A DNA stretch of 64,000 nucleotides. Source: an uncultured cyanobacterium. Lineage in GTDB: Bacteria; Cyanobacteriota; Cyanobacteriia; Cyanobacteriales; Nostocaceae. A program made the translations under genes and the position numbers. The notes beneath the pieces were generated by a model. The model made no database searches. It worked only from the letters and a program-made list of their open reading frames with translations, and was not told where the DNA came from. How positions within the stretch are numbered: position 1 is the stretch's first letter; every line of letters begins with the position of its first letter. The stretch spans positions 1,248,001-1,312,000 of the forward strand of contig OY970166.1 in the NCBI GenBank assembly GCA_963706595.1. The letters run 5' to 3'. Below, piece by piece: positions 53,366-63,481 of this stretch.

Positions 53366-54574
53366 TTATATTAATTTGCGATAATAAACGAGTTGATGAT
53401 TGGGTAACAATTCAGGATGAAATATTTTAATTAAATCAGCCAATACTACATCGGGGTTACTAATACCACCTTCCCAATAATCGTTACCTTGATTTTCGTT
53501 TAATCTGGCATCATTATTATAAAGGTTGCCGATTTTTACAGCCTGAAAATCACCATAACGATTATCTGCGTTCAAAATATCTGGTACATTCCGCCAAGAT
53601 TGACTAAAATTCAGCCAGTAGTCAGCATTAGCAGCACGTTCTAAGATAACCTCAAAGGATAGGGGAAGACTTCCAGATGTGTTATCATCATTCCACAGAT
53701 AATTTGCGCCAGCGTCATTGAGATATTTAGCGACATAACTATTACCTCCTGGCATATACCAAGTCCCTTTAAAGTTAAATCCTACAAATACGCTAGGACG
53801 TTTATTTATAAACTGAGTTTTTTGGGAAATTTCTTCATATTTACGCGCAATTTCACTAAATACTTTTTCGGCTATTTCTTCTTGATTAAAAAACAAAGCG
53901 GTAAATTTCATCCACTCGGTTCTTCCCAGGGGGGAATTTTCCATATATTCTGCATTGATAGCGACTTTTAAGCCAGCATCTACTAATTGCGGATAACTAT
54001 CTGTTTGTGAATTACCCACAGCATAAGTTGTAATTAACTCTGGATTTAAATCTAATATCTGCTCAATATTAACATTATTATTTCTCCCGACCTCTGTGAT
54101 TCTTCCGGTTTTAATTCGGGAAATTACCTCAGCCGTATTGACTTGTTTAAAATCACTCACCCCGATAAGTTTATCCAATACCCCCAACTTCGCTAAATGG
54201 GGTAAATGAGTAGTCGAAAGAGTGACAACCGAATTTACAGGTACTGTGATTACTTGCGTTTCTAAAAAATCCGGCGGTACTGGTGCGCCACACTGCACTA
54301 AAACATATTTAAAACCCGTATTAGCATTACGCCAAGGATTTTTAACCGTGACAATTTTATAGTGTTTATGATATTCTACATTAAAACCTGTGGCATAATT
54401 AACGCTAACTTTTGCCGGAAAATAATCAATATTAGGATCATATTCTTGAGTACAGGTGCTGCTACCCTGGGGAATTGTATGATTACAAGAGATAATTAAA
54501 GTAGCAACTAAGAATATTAAACAGACAAAAAAGTTTATTTTCCATTGACGAGTTTTTATTAATATCATATTCAA
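53366..54574 (-). CDS. ABC substrate-binding lipoprotein (BtuF-like)
   Basis: Lipobox-like IISC, EYMENSPLGRTEW, PDVVLADLIKIFHP. Confidence 0.85.
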   Translation of the reverse strand: MNMILIKTRQWKINFFVCLIFLVATLIISCNHTIPQGSSTCTQEYDPNIDYFPAKVSVNYATGFNVEYHKHYKIVTVKNPWRNANTGFKYVLVQCGAPVPPDFLETQVITVPVNSVVTLSTTHLPHLAKLGVLDKLIGVSDFKQVNTAEVISRIKTGRITEVGRNNNVNIEQILDLNPELITTYAVGNSQTDSYPQLVDAGLKVAINAEYMENSPLGRTEWMKFTALFFNQEEIAEKVFSEIARKYEEISQKTQFINKRPSVFVGFNFKGTWYMPGGNSYVAKYLNDAGANYLWNDDNTSGSLPLSFEVILERAANADYWLNFSQSWRNVPDILNADNRYGDFQAVKIGNLYNNDARLNENQGNDYWEGGISNPDVVLADLIKIFHPELLPNHQLVYYRKLI

Positions 54575-54607
54575 GTGCTGTTTTTATGGTTCGTAGTTAG
54601 GACTTTG

Positions 54608-54739
54608 GGGAACATCCCATTTAGTAAAAACATAGAAGACTGATGTAAAAACCCTATTAAACCCTCTTATCTTGGCGTTCTTTGCGTCTTGGCGGTTCGT
54701 TCTTCCATGCTTCCATAAGCCAAAATTTGGGATGCTCCC
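54608..54739. mobile_element. 132-bp MITE with 8-bp target duplication
   Basis: IRs GGGAACATCCCA / TGGGATGCTCCC; direct repeat GGACTTTG at 54600-54607 and 54740-54747. Confidence 0.8.
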
Positions 54740-54789
54740 GGACTTTGGTGGTTTAAGGAAGGACTAAAGTCCTTACTACAAACAAATAT

Positions 54790-55668
54790 TTACTCTGGGG
54801 GATAGGAATATTCTTTGACTTTATTACCCTTTACCAAATGTTCCTCAACAATAATTTCCGCCACATCAGGAGTAATGCGAGTATACCAACTCCTATCCTC
54901 AGAATTAAATACCACAGGTCCTAATTTGCAAACCTCCAAACAGCCAGAAGTTCTCACTTCAATATCTAAACCAGCTTTTTCCACTGCTGATTTTAAAGCT
55001 GCAAAAGTAGGTTCCCACTTCCGAGAAGGAAGACAACGCCCAGAAGTACAAACCGATATATAAGAATTTTTTAAAGGATTTCGAGTAAATGGTATCGGCT
55101 GCTTTCCTAACACATATATTTCCCGCAATTGTTGATAAAGCACTAACTTAGATAAATTAGGTTTACCCTCTGGTAATAAATTCTCATCCTCCACAAAAGG
55201 ATTAGGTAAAAATATAGTCATCACCTCTACATTTGCACCATTCCAAAATTTAATCCCCCAACTTCTGGGATTTCCTTCTGCATTAAAGCGGCGATAAAAA
55301 GCAGCCCGACTAACTTGACGCTGTTTTCTTAATTCCAATGGAGTTTTACACTCTGGTCCCCCTAAACTAGCCTCAATACATAAGTGTAAATGCCAACCTT
55401 CAGCCGCTACTGTTAAATAACCATCATAAAGAATACACAATTTAGGTGCAGCAGTAAATTCTAATTCTAATACACCACCTTCGGCAACATGACCGACTCC
55501 GACTTGATGCCAATTTTCCTGAAATAAAGTGTACAGCAATGACGATAAAACATTGCTATCGGCTGAAAAATCTTCATACTCAACTCTACCTCCTGAAAGC
55601 AGAGGTTCCGTTGTCATCAGATTTAATGGGTTTACCCAAGAATTAAATTGAGTCATGGTATTTACCAA
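54790..55668 (-). CDS. Uncharacterised protein: ChuX/HutX-like N-terminal domain plus thioredoxin-like 2Fe-2S ferredoxin
   Basis: C-terminal VCTSGRC...SGCLEVCKLGPVV...WY; N-terminal WHLHL...SWGIKFWNG...IFL pattern. Confidence 0.7.
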   Translation of the reverse strand: MVNTMTQFNSWVNPLNLMTTEPLLSGGRVEYEDFSADSNVLSSLLYTLFQENWHQVGVGHVAEGGVLELEFTAAPKLCILYDGYLTVAAEGWHLHLCIEASLGGPECKTPLELRKQRQVSRAAFYRRFNAEGNPRSWGIKFWNGANVEVMTIFLPNPFVEDENLLPEGKPNLSKLVLYQQLREIYVLGKQPIPFTRNPLKNSYISVCTSGRCLPSRKWEPTFAALKSAVEKAGLDIEVRTSGCLEVCKLGPVVFNSEDRSWYTRITPDVAEIIVEEHLVKGNKVKEYSYPPE

Positions 55669-55682
55669 TTTTTACTAAATTT

Positions 55683-57710
55683 TTAGAATGTCGATTTCAA
55701 ACCAACTTGAAAAACTCTACCTGCGTCAGGGAAACCAGGAAATAGCTGATAGCGTTGGTTGAAAATATTATCTACACTACCACTAAGTACAAGGTTATCA
55801 CTCAAAGAAATTCGCAGTTTAGTATCAAAGGTAGTATAACCAGATAAAAATTCTGTGTTGATGTTATTCGTCGGATATCCACTCAGGGAATGCATGAGAA
55901 ATCCTAAATATACACCTTGAGCATTTTCATAAGAAATTCCCGCATTTAAACTATTTGCACCTGCAAAACGCAACTCTTTACCTATTTCTGCCGGATTACT
56001 ACTTTCTAAAATCTGCGGGTCATTCAGGGTATAATTAGCAAAGGCAAAAATATTCTTTCCTAGTTGCACATTCAAAGCTGCTTCAATTCCTCTAGTACGC
56101 ACTAAGCCGATATTTTCCCAAGTTCCTGTATTCCCATTTACCGGGGGTGTCAGTCGTTTGAAAGCGATGGTATCAGATACTCGATTCTGAAAAAATGTTA
56201 ATCTTAATAAACCAATATTACCTAATTTTTGGTCAATTCCAATATCATAACTATCGCCTTTTTCTGGTTCAAGTTCTGGATTACCAATATTACTAGGACT
56301 ATTGTTAAATAAGTTAACTATGGTTGGCGCTCGAAAGTTTCTGATATAGTTAGCCCGGAGTGTGGTAGAATCAGATAATGCTAGTTTTGTGCCTACAGAT
56401 GGTGATGTAAATGAACCATTTACTAAACTACTAAAATCTTGCCTGACTCCTAAATTGAGGCTGAGGCTAGGAGTTAAGTTAGTTTCGTATTTAGCAAAAA
56501 CTGCCCCTTGATTAATACCATCATTATAATTTTCGGTATTGACATTTGTGGCAAATTGCAAGCTGTTATTAACTACATTTACGGTGCGGTAATCAAAGCC
56601 ATAAACTAATATTTGATTTTCGGCTAATTGCCAACTGTGGGTGGCTTGAAAACCGTAAGACCTTTGATTTGTTTCAAATCTTCTATGAGATGTAATTGCG
56701 CCACTACGATTATCAAAGCGAGTGTTGAGAAAGTCTGTGTAAATCTTCGCTGTTAATAAAGAATCATTTCCTTGTCCTAGCTGAGAGTTCCAAGTTAAGT
56801 CAGCTAAAACCTGGTCTGTATATTTACGATTGTTATCAGTTAAAGAATTGAAAAACCCTTGACCAAATTCAGGTTCAGGAATGGGTACTCCTCCTGGTAC
56901 GCCTTGATTTTTAGCTAAGTATAAAGTTGAAAGAGTTAAGGTATTTCTCGTCCCTAAATCTGCTTCTAATTTGACGTTAAAATTATTGAACAGAACATCA
57001 TCGTTTTCTCTGTTTCCCTGAAAATTAGCTTCGGGAATGGAAAAAGGAAAATTATTTTGCGCCTGGGTACGGTTATAACCCACAACCCAAGATATATCTC
57101 CTTGTCTCCCGCTATTTTGAATGGTTTGCTGATTTAATCCATACGCGCCTAGAGTTACCCCGGTTTCGGTGGTGATTCTCTCTGTGGGACGACGAGTAAT
57201 AATGTTAATTACTCCCCCAATAGCATCGGAACCATACAAAGTAGAACCACCACCGGGTAAAACTTCTACTCTTTCTACATTATTGGTGGTAATTTCGGAA
57301 AGGTCAAAACCCCCAGAACCTAAGTTATTAATTGGTCTACCATCTAATAATATTAAAACTTGTCCAGAGTTAGAACCGCGAATAAATTGACCACTTAAAG
57401 CACCCACTCCTGTCCCCACAGTTCCATCACCTAAGACACCGGGGAGAAATCGTAGCGCTTCTTTAACTGTTCGCGCCCCTCTAGCTTCAATTTCTTCTTG
57501 GGTAATTACATACACAGGGCGTGTAGAATCTTCAACTGTGCCATCACGTCGCAATGGTGAAGAGACTCTTTGATTTAAGAGTTTCTCAATTACAGTCAGT
57601 TCAATATCGGGTTCTGATTCTGAAGCTATGACATATCCTGATGATAAACTACTATAAGTTGTGTGCAGAATCAGTAAATTGATCCAGCATTGCCAATGAA
57701 CTTTAGGCAT
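55683..57710 (-). CDS. btuB: TonB-dependent receptor, probable cobalamin transporter
   Basis: Plug motifs LILLDGRP and VERVEVLPGGGSTLYGSDAIGGVINIIT, GNPELEPE, C-terminal Phe; downstream of a cobalamin riboswitch. Confidence 0.85.
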   Translation of the reverse strand: MPKVHWQCWINLLILHTTYSSLSSGYVIASESEPDIELTVIEKLLNQRVSSPLRRDGTVEDSTRPVYVITQEEIEARGARTVKEALRFLPGVLGDGTVGTGVGALSGQFIRGSNSGQVLILLDGRPINNLGSGGFDLSEITTNNVERVEVLPGGGSTLYGSDAIGGVINIITRRPTERITTETGVTLGAYGLNQQTIQNSGRQGDISWVVGYNRTQAQNNFPFSIPEANFQGNRENDDVLFNNFNVKLEADLGTRNTLTLSTLYLAKNQGVPGGVPIPEPEFGQGFFNSLTDNNRKYTDQVLADLTWNSQLGQGNDSLLTAKIYTDFLNTRFDNRSGAITSHRRFETNQRSYGFQATHSWQLAENQILVYGFDYRTVNVVNNSLQFATNVNTENYNDGINQGAVFAKYETNLTPSLSLNLGVRQDFSSLVNGSFTSPSVGTKLALSDSTTLRANYIRNFRAPTIVNLFNNSPSNIGNPELEPEKGDSYDIGIDQKLGNIGLLRLTFFQNRVSDTIAFKRLTPPVNGNTGTWENIGLVRTRGIEAALNVQLGKNIFAFANYTLNDPQILESSNPAEIGKELRFAGANSLNAGISYENAQGVYLGFLMHSLSGYPTNNINTEFLSGYTTFDTKLRISLSDNLVLSGSVDNIFNQRYQLFPGFPDAGRVFQVGLKSTF

Positions 57711-58118
57711 CTAGTTTCTCTGTTTAAGTATGGGTGTGATTTAGACTGGTTGTAGAGTCTAGGACATGAGTTTTTAACCGCCGATAAACGCCGATAAACG
57801 CCGATAAATTTCAGGTTGATTAGTTAATTGTTGGCAAATATGCTGGCTGTATTGAGTTACACGAGGACAGGATACCTGCTTGGTTTACTTGCAAGGCGCT
57901 GTATATCCAAATTCAGTTACAGAAAATCTCCCGTTAAGGTAATACCTGAACGCAGCAAAAATTTATGTGCTGGTGCGTTGCTTTGCACGAAAACGCATCC
58001 TACAAAAATTGTGGGTTTAATTCAGTTTTAATAAATACCTGTGCTGACCAAATTTTTTCAATCTATGCATTATATGCATTATCTGTGCCTCGCAGATAGG
58101 TGTTTGCTTTGGAATCTT

Positions 58119-58259
58119 GTCAGTGGGCATTCTGGCTGAGAGACAATAAGTTTTTATGTCTGATTACAGCTGCGGGACAGCGCCGGATTTACACCGAACT
58201 TTCCCCCGTGTGCAGGTTTTACCTGTTACGTCTAATGGATGTTTGCCATGAGAACTGAC
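58119..58259 (-). ncRNA. Cobalamin riboswitch
   Basis: Minus strand GTCAGT...GGGGAAAGTTCGGTGTAAATCCGGCGCTGTCCCGCAGCTGTAA...AGCCAGAATGCCCACTGAC; conserved core, B12 box and closing stem GTCAGT/ACTGAC. Confidence 0.92.
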
Positions 58260-58612
58260 TTTTTTTCACAAAATTATCATACTATAAAGGTGCGGATTTT
58301 TACAAAAAAAACATTGTTGTCGCCAAAATTAGCTGCAAGGCTTTGTTACCAATTAAGTGAATGATAATGATTATTATTCTAATTCATTTTTTTGTCAACT
58401 GCTCGTAGCGGGAATTTCGCCATAAATAATGAATTTTTATAACTTTTTCAGACTCAATAGGGTGTGTATATCCTGTTTTTGTTAATTTACAGTTTTTGGA
58501 AGCAGAAAATTAGAAGAAATGTAACACCAGATGTATAATTAGCGCGTCTCCTCTTTCATGAAAAGATAAAATTTAAGACTGTCCAGCTTTCTGTACCTAG
58601 ATAAAGAGCATT

Positions 58613-61600
58613 ATGTGGCAACAAGAAAAAAAAGATAGTGCAATAGTCAGTCTGGCATTATTACTGTCCTTAGCTACTACCCCTATGGCAGTACCTTTGT
58701 TCGTGCCGACATCAGTGCTGGCACAATCTGCCACTGATGCTGAATCTTTTCTGCTCCCGGAAACGGCGGCAGATGGGACTACGGTGCGGATTGATGGTTC
58801 TATGAGTTTGGCTGCAATCAACCAAAGTTTAAAACAACTTTTTGAGCAAGAGTTTTCTGGTAGGAATGTAGAGGTGGCGGCGAATGGTGCGGGTGTGGCA
58901 ATATCAGCTTTAATAGATGGTAAAATTGATCTAGTAGCGATCGCTCGTGGTTTGACTCCAGAAGAAAAAGCACAAGGTCTGGCACAAGTCCCGTTTTACC
59001 GAGAAAATATTGCCATCATAGTCAGTACAGATAATCCTTTTCAGGGTGGTTTGACTGATCAACAATTCGCCGATATCTTCCGGGGAAATATCACAAATTG
59101 GTCAGAACTGGGCGCACCGGCAGGTAATATTCGCTTCATTGATCGCCCTGATACCAGCGATACCCGCAATACCTTTCGCACCTATCCAGGTTTCAAAGGC
59201 GCTGAATTTGCCACAGGTTCTAATGCTACCCAAATCAATGAAGATAACACTGCCAAAATTGTCGAACAACTAGGTCGTGACGGTATTAGCTATGCAATGG
59301 CTCATCATGTGTCACAACTGCCAAATGTCCGCGTGATTCCGTTAAATGAAAGTTTGCCAGATAATCCTAACTATCTCTATTCCCAGCCTTTAGTTTATGT
59401 TTATCGGCCTAATCCCAACGCCAATGTCGCCAGTTTTCTCAGCTTTATCCTAGCATCACCAGAACAGCAAACGATAGCAGCGGCCAGAGCTACAGCAGCA
59501 GATGCGATCGCTCAAGGGCAAGCAAGTGTTAGCCTAAATGCTAGAAATGTATCAGATGAACAGCAATCTCCAGAAACTCGGTTTAGTCCCGATCAAGTAC
59601 AGCCGTGGTGGTTTTTGTTGCCTACTGCTGTTCTGGTTTGCTTGCTCATCTGGATTTTCCGGTCACGCCTGTGGGCAACTGATGCTAAAAATAATACCCA
59701 AGATCCTCACCCCAATGCTGCTGCGGAGAATAACATGGACACAAATAATACTGATGTTTCTTGGAGTGGGGATGAATTTCTAGCAGCAGCACCGGATAAC
59801 GATGCCGCTTTAGCAGAAGCCACAACTGCCATCGGGTCTGTTGTTTCCGGCGGAAAAGTCGATCATCCCGAATCTCTTGAAACTAATAATTCAAGTAATA
59901 ATCCGGAAGCAAGTTTTTTTGATGATCAAGAATCGCCCTGGGATATAGAAGCACCAGCCGCCGTGGTAAATACTCCATACCCGCAATTACCAGATGTACC
60001 TAAAGTTACCTCTGAAGAGTCGCAGGTGGGGGAAAATTGGGAAATCACGGACTCTTGTGCGGAAATATCAGCACAAACCCAGGTAAAACCGGATTTAATT
60101 GATGATGATATCATCTCAGATGAAATTACGGATTTAGCTGGCGATTTAGCGACGGAAGCCAATACCTGGGAGCAGGGATTAGATACATTTGATACAATAG
60201 ACTCTAGTGATTTTGACGAAACAATTTTATCTGCGTCAGATGAGAAAACCTCAGAACAGGTCACAAATTTACAACCCACACTCCCAAGTATTACTGAAGA
60301 AGACGATATATTTAATCTCGTGGCGGATGCAGCTGAACCAAGGGACTATGAGATAGACTCTAATCTGTCTGAGGAAATAGATATTTTTGCAGATAGTGCG
60401 ACTTTTGTCGGCACAGGTATGGGGGCATCGGTCGGCAGTGGGGGTAATTCCGAATCTGAAGGTCAAATGCCGAATAATAGCAGCATAAACCCTTGGCTTG
60501 ATTTAGATGGTGAACAAAGTATTGTCCTCAAGCCCCGAAATGCACAATGGGCTTATGCGACTTGGTACATTAGTGAAATTTGCCAGCAAGCATTAGCAAA
60601 TAATCACATCTCTCGATTATATCTGCGGCTTTACAATGTCACGGATTTAGACTTGAGTTATCAGACTCCAGAGTTGGTCCAGCAATATGAACTGGAGTCA
60701 GGGATGGAACTTTACATCGCCATTCCTCAAAGTAGTAACGATTATATTGCCGAAATTGGCTATGTGGCAGAAGGCGATCGCTGGGTAACAATTACCCGTT
60801 CCGAAAGGGTTCGCGTTTTTGATACCCCTGTGCAAGATCCTACAGACGATTCAGTGCTGAATTTAGATGGGGAGCAAAGTCTTGTTCTCAAGCCTCGGAA
60901 TTCGGAATGGGCTTATGCAACTTGGTACATTGGTGAAACTAACCAGCAAGCATTAGCAAATCATGGGATCTCGGAATTATTTCTGCGGCTGTATGATGTC
61001 ACAGGTTTAGACTTGAGTTATCAGACTCCAGAGTTTGTCAAGCAGTATGAACTAAAGTCAGGCATAGAACTTTACATCGCCATTCCTCAAAGTAGTAACG
61101 ATTATATTGCCGAAATTGGGTATGTCGCAGCAGGCGATCGCTGGGTAACAATTACCCGTTCTGAGAGGGTTCGCGTCTTTGATACACCTGTGCAAGATCC
61201 CACAGATGACTCAGTTCTCAATCTCGATGGGGAGCAAAGTCTTGTTCTCAAGCCCCGGAATCCTGAATGGGCTTATGCGAGTTGGTACATTGGTGAAACT
61301 AACCAGCAAGCATTAGAGAAAAACGGCATTTCCCAATTATATCTGCGGCTGTATGATGTCACAGGTTTAGACTTAAGTTATCAGACTCCAGAGTTTGTAG
61401 AGCAATATGAACTAACGTCAGGGATAGAACTTTATATCGCCATTCCTCAAAGCGATCGCGATTATATTGCCGAAATTGGGTATGTCACAGAAGGCGATCG
61501 CTGGGTGACAATTACCCGTTCTGCAAGGGTTCGCGTCTTTGATACACCCCTCCCAGAGACTACAGAAAACCCAGTGCTGAATTTAGATGGGGAACAACGT

Positions 61601-62542
61601 CTTGTCCTCGAACCCCGGAATTCGGAATGGGCTTGTGCGAGTTGGTATATTGGTGAAACTGGTCAGCAAACATTAGCAAATAATGGTATTTCTGAATTAG
61701 CACTGCGGCTGTATGATGCCACAGATTTAGACTTGAGTTATCAGACTCCAGAGTTTGTCCAGCAATATGAACTAGAGTCAGAAATAGCACAAAAATATAT
61801 CGCCATTCCCCGAAGCGATCGCGATTATATTACCGAAATTGGGTATGTTACAGAAGGCGATCGCTGGGTAACAATTGCTCGTTCTGCCAGAATTCGCGTC
61901 TTTGGTATCCCTTTGACAGATACCACAGAGGAACATTTACCAACAGCAGAGACCACATTAGTAGATTTACCCCAGACAAATAATCAGAGTAGTCTTCTCC
62001 TGAAGTCCCGGACTCCCAAGTGGGCTTATGCACGTTGGTATATTTCCCCAACTCATAAACAAACACTGCAAGACCACAACATCTCTAAATTATATTTGCG
62101 GCTGTATAATGTCACAGATTTGGATTTGAGTTATCAGACTCCCCAGCTTGTGCAGCAGTATGAATGCGACGATATCATTTGCGATCGCTATGTGGCAATT
62201 TCCGCAACAGACCAGGATTATATGACCGAAATAGGTTATTTTACTCAAGGCGATCGCTGGGAAATCATCGCCCGTTCCGAAAGGATTCGTGTCTTCAGTC
62301 GTCCTCAAGCAGATTTTTGGTTTGTCGCCGATGCCGAATTAATTATCCACGGATCAACAGAACCAGGTGCAACAGTAAATATTGCTGGTAAACCCATCAC
62401 ACTCAAATCAGATGGGACTTTCCACCTGCGGATTCCTTTCTCCGATAATTCAATTAACTATCTGATGACAGCAATTGCTGCTAATGGGGAACACAGTACA
62501 ACTATCCGTAAAAAGTTCTCTCAAGAAAATTCAGAAGGCTAG
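58613..62542 (+). CDS. PstS-like binding domain + TM + acidic linker + five DUF4912-like repeats + C-terminal beta domain
   Basis: VRIDGS, IFRGNITNWSELG; TM WWFLLPTAVLVCLLIWIF; repeats LKPRNxxWAYAxW...LRLYDVT...YIAEIGY; FWFVADAELIIHGSTEPGA. Confidence 0.8.
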   Translation: MWQQEKKDSAIVSLALLLSLATTPMAVPLFVPTSVLAQSATDAESFLLPETAADGTTVRIDGSMSLAAINQSLKQLFEQEFSGRNVEVAANGAGVAISALIDGKIDLVAIARGLTPEEKAQGLAQVPFYRENIAIIVSTDNPFQGGLTDQQFADIFRGNITNWSELGAPAGNIRFIDRPDTSDTRNTFRTYPGFKGAEFATGSNATQINEDNTAKIVEQLGRDGISYAMAHHVSQLPNVRVIPLNESLPDNPNYLYSQPLVYVYRPNPNANVASFLSFILASPEQQTIAAARATAADAIAQGQASVSLNARNVSDEQQSPETRFSPDQVQPWWFLLPTAVLVCLLIWIFRSRLWATDAKNNTQDPHPNAAAENNMDTNNTDVSWSGDEFLAAAPDNDAALAEATTAIGSVVSGGKVDHPESLETNNSSNNPEASFFDDQESPWDIEAPAAVVNTPYPQLPDVPKVTSEESQVGENWEITDSCAEISAQTQVKPDLIDDDIISDEITDLAGDLATEANTWEQGLDTFDTIDSSDFDETILSASDEKTSEQVTNLQPTLPSITEEDDIFNLVADAAEPRDYEIDSNLSEEIDIFADSATFVGTGMGASVGSGGNSESEGQMPNNSSINPWLDLDGEQSIVLKPRNAQWAYATWYISEICQQALANNHISRLYLRLYNVTDLDLSYQTPELVQQYELESGMELYIAIPQSSNDYIAEIGYVAEGDRWVTITRSERVRVFDTPVQDPTDDSVLNLDGEQSLVLKPRNSEWAYATWYIGETNQQALANHGISELFLRLYDVTGLDLSYQTPEFVKQYELKSGIELYIAIPQSSNDYIAEIGYVAAGDRWVTITRSERVRVFDTPVQDPTDDSVLNLDGEQSLVLKPRNPEWAYASWYIGETNQQALEKNGISQLYLRLYDVTGLDLSYQTPEFVEQYELTSGIELYIAIPQSDRDYIAEIGYVTEGDRWVTITRSARVRVFDTPLPETTENPVLNLDGEQRLVLEPRNSEWACASWYIGETGQQTLANNGISELALRLYDATDLDLSYQTPEFVQQYELESEIAQKYIAIPRSDRDYITEIGYVTEGDRWVTIARSARIRVFGIPLTDTTEEHLPTAETTLVDLPQTNNQSSLLLKSRTPKWAYARWYISPTHKQTLQDHNISKLYLRLYNVTDLDLSYQTPQLVQQYECDDIICDRYVAISATDQDYMTEIGYFTQGDRWEIIARSERIRVFSRPQADFWFVADAELIIHGSTEPGATVNIAGKPITLKSDGTFHLRIPFSDNSINYLMTAIAANGEHSTTIRKKFSQENSEG
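60495..61925 (+). repeat. 360-bp intragenic tandem repeat x4, with a diverged fifth unit to ~62300
   Basis: GATGG[T/G]GA[A/G]CAA anchors at 60506, 60866, 61226 and 61586. Confidence 0.9.
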
Positions 62543-62735
62543 AGAAGAAGCAGGGGGGCAGAGTGCAGGGTGCAGGGGGGAGTTAAGAGGCAGGGGAGCA
62601 GGGAGCAAGGGGGAGTTAGAAATTATTTTAAACTTCCGGTTACTTAACAACCATTCTTCTTCTCCCCTGCCCCCTGCCCCCTGCACCCGTTCCTCTTCTC
62701 CCCACTCCCCACTCCCCACTCCCTACTCCCTACTA

Positions 62736-63230
62736 TTAAGCAGGTTCAAAATTCATCGACACACCGTTCATACAGTAGCGCTTACCAGTGGGCGCAGGTC
62801 CATCATTAAACACATGGCCTAGATGTCCACCACAGTTGCTACAATGCACTTCGGTTCTAGTCATGAAAAATGACCGATCTACAGTCACAGCGATCGCGCC
62901 TTCAATTGGTTGAAAAAAGCTCGGCCAGCCAGTACCACTGTTAAACTTAGTGTCAGATGTAAACAGTGGTTGTCCACAGCCAGCACAGACAAAAGTCCCC
63001 TGATCATATTCCTTATCCAGTGGACTGGTGAAGGCGGGTTCAGTACCATGTTTTCTTAAGACGCGAAACTGTTCCGGCGTTAAAATTGTCCGCCACTCTT
63101 CTTCAGGTTTAGTAATTGCAAATTGGCTTTTAGAAGTTGTCATGTTCTCCGAACCCCGGTTAATATTGCTTGCTAAGAATGTTGTGCCGATTACTGCACC
63201 CACATTTAAAAAATAGCGTCTGTTCATCAT
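62736..63230 (-). CDS. msrB: Peptide-methionine (R)-S-oxide reductase with Tat-like signal
   Basis: [11 protein letters not shown], two CxxC, GHLGHVF, RYCMNG; N-terminal NRRYFL. Confidence 0.95.
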   Translation of the reverse strand: MMNRRYFLNVGAVIGTTFLASNINRGSENMTTSKSQFAITKPEEEWRTILTPEQFRVLRKHGTEPAFTSPLDKEYDQGTFVCAGCGQPLFTSDTKFNSGTGWPSFFQPIEGAIAVTVDRSFFMTRTEVHCSNCGGHLGHVFNDGPAPTGKRYCMNGVSMNFEPA

Positions 63231-63481
63231 CTATATTTTATCGCGTCGCGCTCAGGACACTCCTGTTATGAAGGTAACGGCAGCACCCCAAATGTGCAAC
63301 TTCAAAAAAAGTTTTTGGGTTTGGGTCAGTTCTTCAGGGCGTTATATCGTGTTCGGTGAAAGACTTATCATTAAGGCCGCAGGGGAGCAGGGAGCAGGGA
63401 GCAGGGGGAAAGAGGATTTTACGTTTTTTGCACAGAGGTGGGAATTAGAACTAATTAAGCGAACATGATGTTAATCATCCA

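Noticed and set aside
60495..62300. CRISPR-like or mobile repeat array
   Set aside because: The 360-bp units are in-frame protein domain duplications
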